Assembly (NCBI GenBank): GCA_034780895.1
Contig: JAUZTB010000033.1
Span: 49,669,173 to 49,733,172, forward strand
DNA: 64,000 bases
Reading direction: 5' to 3'
Source: Rhynchobatus australiae
Taxonomy: Eukaryota
Shown here: positions 62,065 through 64,000 of the stretch, one piece after another
Layout: every line of letters starts with the position of its first letter
Numbering within the stretch: the first letter of the stretch is position 1
Notes under the pieces: generated by a model
What the model was told of the DNA's origin: nothing
The model's input: the letters and a program-made list of their open reading frames with translations, nothing else
Databases searched by the model: none
Position numbers and translations under genes: made by a program

Positions 62065-64000
62065 CTGAGTTCATTGTATTGCAAACAGATGCTATAAAAT
62101 CCAGGAGATTAGATTTGTAATTTGTTCAGTAATTTATGAATGATTCAGATTCTTAAACTAATACACGCTGAATACTGTGAGTTCACTATTCCGTATGATT
62201 GTGTCATGGTTTTTAAATATTTAATAGCTTCTCCACACTTGTGTTGTACTTGCTTTCACTCGATTGTGAGAGAGCGATTGACATAAAATCACTACTCAGC
62301 GATTAACTGAATGAGGCAAATATGCGGTTTGAAACTGACACTGGGCAGGGGAGATGAGTAAAATAAACTGAAATCCATGCTGAGTGATCCCAGCCCCTTA
62401 TTGAACAGACAGTGAGAAAGGTGGCAATATTGAGAGCATCAGTGCAGGTCCCGGTAATTGGGGACTTGATCTCAGTGCATATGCCGGCTCTGTTCCCACA
62501 CCATTCAGGCATTTGCGTTCAGTAATCTATCTGATTTCCACGGAAATATGTTCAGCCATTTAGTTTCCACAGCCTCCTGTCGTGAATATTCCTGCATATG
62601 CATCGCTCTTTGAGAAAAGGAATTTCTCCTCATCGCCACCGCAGGCGGTGCACCGCTGATTCTCAATCCGCATTCTCTGGTTCCAGATTCCTCAGCCACG
62701 GTACACTTCCTCCCTGTAGAAAGTCTGTCGAGAGCTTCCAGAATTTTATACCTTTCCAATGTCTCCTCTCGTTGCTCTAAACGCCGTGAATAAATTCATT
62801 GGAGATCAGATATCTCTTCGCAGTGCTGGTTCAGTATCCCTACAATCAGTCGTTGCATTCGCTCGATGTAGCAGATCCCATTTTTCAGATAATGCAACTG
62901 AATCTGCACAAAATGCTGCAGGTTTGGTGTTTCCCTGGTGATTGTGGTCGTATATTCCTGCGCCTGTATAGAAAACCTCTTTCAGTGAATGCCCACATAC
63001 ACATTCTCTTATCGACGGCCTTCAATGACGGGTGTCCAAGAACACCATGAGCCATTTGTACACAGTGGTTCCAGCCCTGGAAACTTTTTCGTCAGATCGG
63101 ATCTTTCATATCCTCCTCGGAAATAGATTCCTTCACATTTATACACGAGATATTGACTTTGCCTTGCATTAAATGCGTCATGCAACTTGTCCAACTTTGT
63201 ATCTTTTTTTGCATCCGCTTCCGAACTCACAACTAAAGTTCTGAATGTTTTGGGTCAACCTGAACCTGTGAACCTGAGAATGTTGATGGACGGCGGGTGG
63301 TGATTCTGGTCCCGTTGCATTGCCAACAATCATTTCCTTCCTCAATGGAAGTTCATTTACATGAACATTTGATTCAGTTTCAAACTCCATGCATGTTGCC
63401 TGATCCGTTACGTAATAGTGGAAAGGTCAATGTACAGATGGGGGCCCTCGGCCCATCATGTCCCTGCTTAATCTTTGCCAGACCAACGTTCTTTTTCCAT
63501 TCACCACGATTGCTCCACAGTTTTGCAATTTTAATTCACGGAATCGTGTCGACGTACGAAGATATGTTTCAGAGACCCGTCACTTTTCTTCGCACATCGG
63601 CGGCTGTAACGTTGCTGCTTTCTGACAAAGAACTTATTTCTTTTTGCTGCTAATTCGAATCCAAATTTCCAGTTCACATTCTCCATTGCTGACCCTTCCC
63701 TTTTCTTCCGTCTGTCACTTGTTCGTGGAATTCCACTTGCTCTGTTCTACATAAAAAAAAATGATTCTGTCATGGTTCTGAGTACTGGGCCTCAATTTGG
63801 CTCCTTTGATGCTTTGTTGTACAACACATGGATTCCATGCTTGACTGGTGGCATAATGATACACACCTGAGCCCCATCAGCGGCCTAACATAAGTGTCTG
63901 GGGTCCTCCAGCACTAGTTGCCAGAGTATTGGTCAAACCTCGGGCCTAGCTTGGCTCCTGGCTGCTTTTAGATGTCAACCCGGGAGCAGTCCTGCTCTCA
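62065..64000 (-). repeat. Segmental duplication copy B (inverted paralog of 1927-3807); upstream region of the GPCR exon at 61697
   Basis: Colinear with 1927-3807, apart from an insertion of about 50 nt near 62870-62920. Confidence 0.9.

Noticed and set aside
1-64000. Prokaryotic systems (operons, CRISPR arrays, retrons/DGRs, defence islands) suggested by RT-like ORFs
   Set aside because: The sequence is vertebrate, with spliceosomal introns, SINEs and microsatellites. All RT fragments are decayed CR1, Rex1/Babar, L1 or Penelope elements, and no repeat-spacer array was seen.

Overview
This is eukaryotic (vertebrate) DNA from a fragmented draft scaffold with about 25 N-gaps. It is very probably a cartilaginous fish: the repeats are CR1-type LINEs with an esterase ORF1, Rex1/Babar, Penelope-like and V-SINE/HE1-type. 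Most of the supplied ORF track is spurious or retrotransposon debris. The main content is a birth-and-death cluster of two-exon, GPR139/GPR142-like class A GPCR genes. It has six first-exon copies and five second-exon copies or fragments, on both strands. All are frameshifted, stop-riddled or cut by gaps, so no complete intact gene can be demonstrated. Five tRNA loci are interspersed: Phe-GAA looks functional, while Ser-CGA, intron-containing Arg-TCT and two Gly-type copies are degenerate, one with a GCC->GGC anticodon switch. Three coding remnants that the ORF track misses or only partly covers were found by manual translation: a GPCR pseudogene at 7.6-8.3 kb, a full-length immunity-related GTPase (IRG) pseudogene at 57.2-58.3 kb, and an intact last coding exon of mevalonate kinase at 16.25-16.41 kb that sits where a receptor first exon is expected. 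Several segmental duplications are visible, both tandem (1-4 kb units) and one inverted 1.9 kb pair at the two window ends. The strongest biological signal is a paralog pair whose TM6 and TM7 regions differ only by synonymous changes while the extracellular loop 3 between them differs at 10 of 21 residues, as expected for a diversifying ligand-sensing repertoire. All identifications come from manual translation and recalled family motifs; no database searches were run.
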